NCBI RefSeq assembly: GCF_011045215.1
Contig: NZ_CP049202.1
DNA length: 64,000 nucleotides
Source: Escherichia coli
GTDB lineage: Bacteria; Pseudomonadota; Gammaproteobacteria; Enterobacterales; Enterobacteriaceae
Reading direction: 5' to 3' (one strand)
In this document: positions 61,348 to 64,000 of the stretch, piece after piece
Layout of the letters: every line of letters begins with the position of its first letter
Numbering within the stretch: position 1 is the stretch's first letter
Program-made: the position numbers and the translations under genes
The notes under the pieces: generated by a model
What the model was told of the DNA's origin: nothing
The model's input: the letters and a program-made list of their open reading frames with translations, nothing else
Database searches by the model: none

Positions 61348-61776
61348 TCAGAATAATTTTTTCATTTTAAGACGCACATCATTCATTGCCTCCTGCACCG
61401 AATCAGTAGCAGAAGGAGGCATTTTTTCAACAGATTGCGAAGCACCGAGTTCAGTCAACACAGCTCTGATATCGGCCTGAGAAGGCTTCCATCCAGTCGT
61501 CTGACTGAGTAAGGTTACAACCTGATCTGCTGAAAACTCCTCGCTCAAAATGGCTGTCAGCAATACAGGCAGGCGAGGATCAAGTTGGTGTAACGCCATT
61601 CCAGAAATAAATGCATTCCGGAACAGCTCACCACGCTCAGAACGCGGAACGGACTCTATCGCTTCCAAAGTTTGAAAGTCTGCAGCTTTTTCCGGATGCA
61701 GATAAAGTGTGTATTTTTTCCTTTTCCGTTCATCGTCCACAATATTACTCCTCTTTGAAAGCCGCGATAGCTTCAA
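61348..61776 (-). CDS. parR: ParR/StbB-like partition adaptor
   Basis: 142-aa ORF directly downstream of the ParM-like gene. Confidence 0.6.
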   Translation of the reverse strand: MKLSRLSKRSNIVDDERKRKKYTLYLHPEKAADFQTLEAIESVPRSERGELFRNAFISGMALHQLDPRLPVLLTAILSEEFSADQVVTLLSQTTGWKPSQADIRAVLTELGASQSVEKMPPSATDSVQEAMNDVRLKMKKLF

Positions 61777-62716
61777 CCAGTGCTGTCTGTGGCGACTCCA
61801 TCATCACTACTTTTTGCCCAAGATGGTGCCATGCCGTTTTTATCGAATCATAGATCAACGGGGCCCCACCACCGACAACATAAACACGATTCACATGATG
61901 GAAATCACCGAGCTCATTGACTACTTGCTCCCCCAAACTGGCAATAGCCCCCTCAATGGTATTAAGGACCAGATCAGTTTTTGTTTCGTCATTTATAACC
62001 TGCCGAACAAAGTCCGGGTCATTACGACGTTTAATCAATTCATCTGCAACGAGGAAACTGGTATCACTGGATGCCATGCGCAATGCACTCATTGCAGCTT
62101 TCGTAACTGAAGACACACCAATGCCAGAATTACCATGAATGGCACTTACAGAGTCAAATTGACCAACGATAACACCAACATCAAGCGTAGTGCCGCCAAT
62201 ATCAACTACCAGCGATTTTTCGAACTGACCAACTTTATCCACGACCAGACGAGAAAACACAGCTGGCAATGATTCAGGCATCACATCAACGTGTTCAATG
62301 GTGAAAACATCGCCTTTATTAAGACGAATCGGCCTCATTAAATTCTCAATTTTACGCTGAATGTTGAGTTCATTTTTTTGACACTCTTTCGTATAGAACT
62401 CACTGATAGGCAAAGTCACAGTCAATGATACAGGCTGAGGCGCTAATCCACTATTCAGTAAAGCGTGATGCACAGCTAACAGGTTAACATCCGTATATTG
62501 ATACTCAATATGAGTCGTAAGAATAGATTGGTTGCTAACTTCATCATACGTGTATTTTTTACCATCCAGTTCATAGTTAAATGTCTGGCGAATTCCTAAC
62601 CCGTCAACCTTCCATCCATGACGAAATGAGTTTTGCGACAACGACTTACAGATTTTTCCATTATCATTCCATGCCAACTTGATTGTTGTTGAACCATCAT
62701 CGCAGTATACGTTCAT
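61745..62716 (-). CDS. parM: ParM/StbA actin-like partition ATPase
   Basis: 323 aa; DDGSTTIKL, DIGGTTLD and VVGGGA motifs as in R1 ParM. Confidence 0.85.
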   Translation of the reverse strand: MNVYCDDGSTTIKLAWNDNGKICKSLSQNSFRHGWKVDGLGIRQTFNYELDGKKYTYDEVSNQSILTTHIEYQYTDVNLLAVHHALLNSGLAPQPVSLTVTLPISEFYTKECQKNELNIQRKIENLMRPIRLNKGDVFTIEHVDVMPESLPAVFSRLVVDKVGQFEKSLVVDIGGTTLDVGVIVGQFDSVSAIHGNSGIGVSSVTKAAMSALRMASSDTSFLVADELIKRRNDPDFVRQVINDETKTDLVLNTIEGAIASLGEQVVNELGDFHHVNRVYVVGGGAPLIYDSIKTAWHHLGQKVVMMESPQTALVEAIAAFKEE

Positions 62717-62719
62717 CTA

Positions 62720-62940
62720 TAGCCCCTTAAATACTCAATCTGAGTAAATCATTGTTTCTAGTTGCAAGGTAATACTCAATTTGAGCACTATCATAGTTAT
62801 GAAATCACAAAACACAAGTATTATTTATTACATCACATAACGCACTTCATATTTCACACTTCATAAATATGAACACATATTGACACCTCAGGTTACCGTG
62901 TCAAAATATCATCATACTTCACATATCACATTTATGAGGT
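62720..62940. promoter_or_regulatory. centromere-like repeat region between the divergent par operons
   Basis: AT-rich, iterated AATACTCAAT and TCACA/TTCATA motifs. Confidence 0.45.
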
Positions 62941-62944
62941 TGCA

Positions 62945-63589
62945 ATGATTACTGTAGTTGGTGGGAACAAAGGTGGTTCAGGGAAAACTACCATTGCATC
63001 AAACCTGGCTATTGCTCTCGCAAATAAAGGAAGGGAAGTCTGCCTGTTAAACGGAGATCTACAACGAACAGCCGCAAAACATCATGCGGAACGAGAAGCT
63101 GCAGGACTGTTACCAGCAATAACCCTTGTTGAGAAATTTGATAACCTGACACAAACACTACAGGCTCTGAATGAAAAGTTCGATGATGTAATAGTGGATG
63201 TCGCAGGAAGAAACTCAAAGGAATTCATAACGAGTGGAGTTGTCGCACATCAAATAATTGCGCCACTACAGTGTTCTCAACCAGATCTGGATACTCTTAC
63301 AGAACTAGAACAACAGATAGACGCAATGCGTAACCTTAACCCGGAACTTAAGGTTTATTGTTTACAAAGTATGGCAACAACCAATCCGGTTTTGAGGGGA
63401 AATGAGAGAAAAGAATTCCTTGAATATCTTGAAGAATTCCCAACAATTCAAGTCCTTGATTCAGTTATTTGTTTCAGAAAAGTCTATCGCGATTGCATGA
63501 GCAACGGCACCGGTGTAGTAGAAACGAACAATACAGCAGCCAAAGCAGAAATTGAACATTTAATGAATGAGGTATTTGGCCCATGGTGA
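62945..63589 (+). CDS. parA: ParA-family small Walker ATPase (type Ib partition)
   Basis: 214 aa; deviant Walker A GGNKGGSGKTT. Confidence 0.85.
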   Translation: MITVVGGNKGGSGKTTIASNLAIALANKGREVCLLNGDLQRTAAKHHAEREAAGLLPAITLVEKFDNLTQTLQALNEKFDDVIVDVAGRNSKEFITSGVVAHQIIAPLQCSQPDLDTLTELEQQIDAMRNLNPELKVYCLQSMATTNPVLRGNERKEFLEYLEEFPTIQVLDSVICFRKVYRDCMSNGTGVVETNNTAAKAEIEHLMNEVFGPW

Positions 63590-63858
63590 AGAAACCCAGC
63601 CAGCAAGCATTAAACAGAGCTGCAGTTACGGTAGAACAAGCAGAGGCTCTGGCTCAGCGCCTTGCGGATAAACCATACGGCGCGCCGGAAAAACCCGAAC
63701 CAGAAAAACAATGTCGGACGACAATCTCTCTTGGTGAAAGCATGCTTGTCACAATAGAAGATCTGGCATTGAGGAATAAACGCAATGGTAAAGATCCAAA
63801 AAATGTAAGTGCCATCGTCAGAGTAGCCCTTGAGCAATACTTAAAAACACTAACGTAA
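63583..63858 (+). CDS. parB: small ParB/ParG-like ribbon-helix-helix protein
   Basis: 91-aa ORF translationally coupled to parA; basic; followed by repeats at 63860-64000. Confidence 0.6.
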   Translation: MVKKPSQQALNRAAVTVEQAEALAQRLADKPYGAPEKPEPEKQCRTTISLGESMLVTIEDLALRNKRNGKDPKNVSAIVRVALEQYLKTLT

Positions 63859-64000
63859 TAATCAATAAGTTATTACTTATGAAATCACACTTGTGAATTC
63901 ATACTTTTTAAGCACCCTTGCATACAAGAGATCACATATTGCAGTGGTCTCTTTTTTTACAGAATAAATCACAATTCATAATTATGATTTATGAATTATG

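Overview
This window reads as a contiguous slice of an F-like (IncF, MPF-F/MOBF) conjugative plasmid; all calls are from reading the sequence and recalled protein families, with no database search run. Left to right: an IS transposase fragment nested in a Tn3-family tnpA remnant; a small AT-rich islet with an unknown membrane/coiled-coil protein and a RelE/RelB-type toxin-antitoxin pair; a RepFIIA-type replicon (copB/repA2, RepA1-like ORFs, DnaA box) whose initiator gene is oddly split; a GNAT/DUF1778 toxin-antitoxin pair bracketed by ~130-bp direct repeats; srnB (Hok family), an Hha-like gene and intact finO; then a complete tra operon on the minus strand (traX back to traM, about 8.6-45.3 kb) with oriT at about 45.35-45.78 kb. 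The tra operon carries several AT-rich cargo ORFs in gaps that are contiguous in F as I recall it, and traP contains an in-frame amber codon. Right of oriT is the leading region (gene X/orf169, frameshifted orf95, hok/mok, psiA, psiB, ParB-like, ssb, antirestriction-like, orphan DNA methyltransferase, several unknown ORFs), with each minus-strand block preceded by a long imperfect hairpin, two of them ~540-bp near-identical repeats, consistent with single-strand promoters. The window ends with a LexA-box-controlled impCAB-like operon (impB frameshifted) and a divergent double partition locus (ParM/ParR plus ParA/small ParB). No rRNA, tRNA or CRISPR array was seen. The best candidates for undescribed biology are the uncharacterised leading-region block at 54.0-59.0 kb and the cargo ORFs inside the tra operon.
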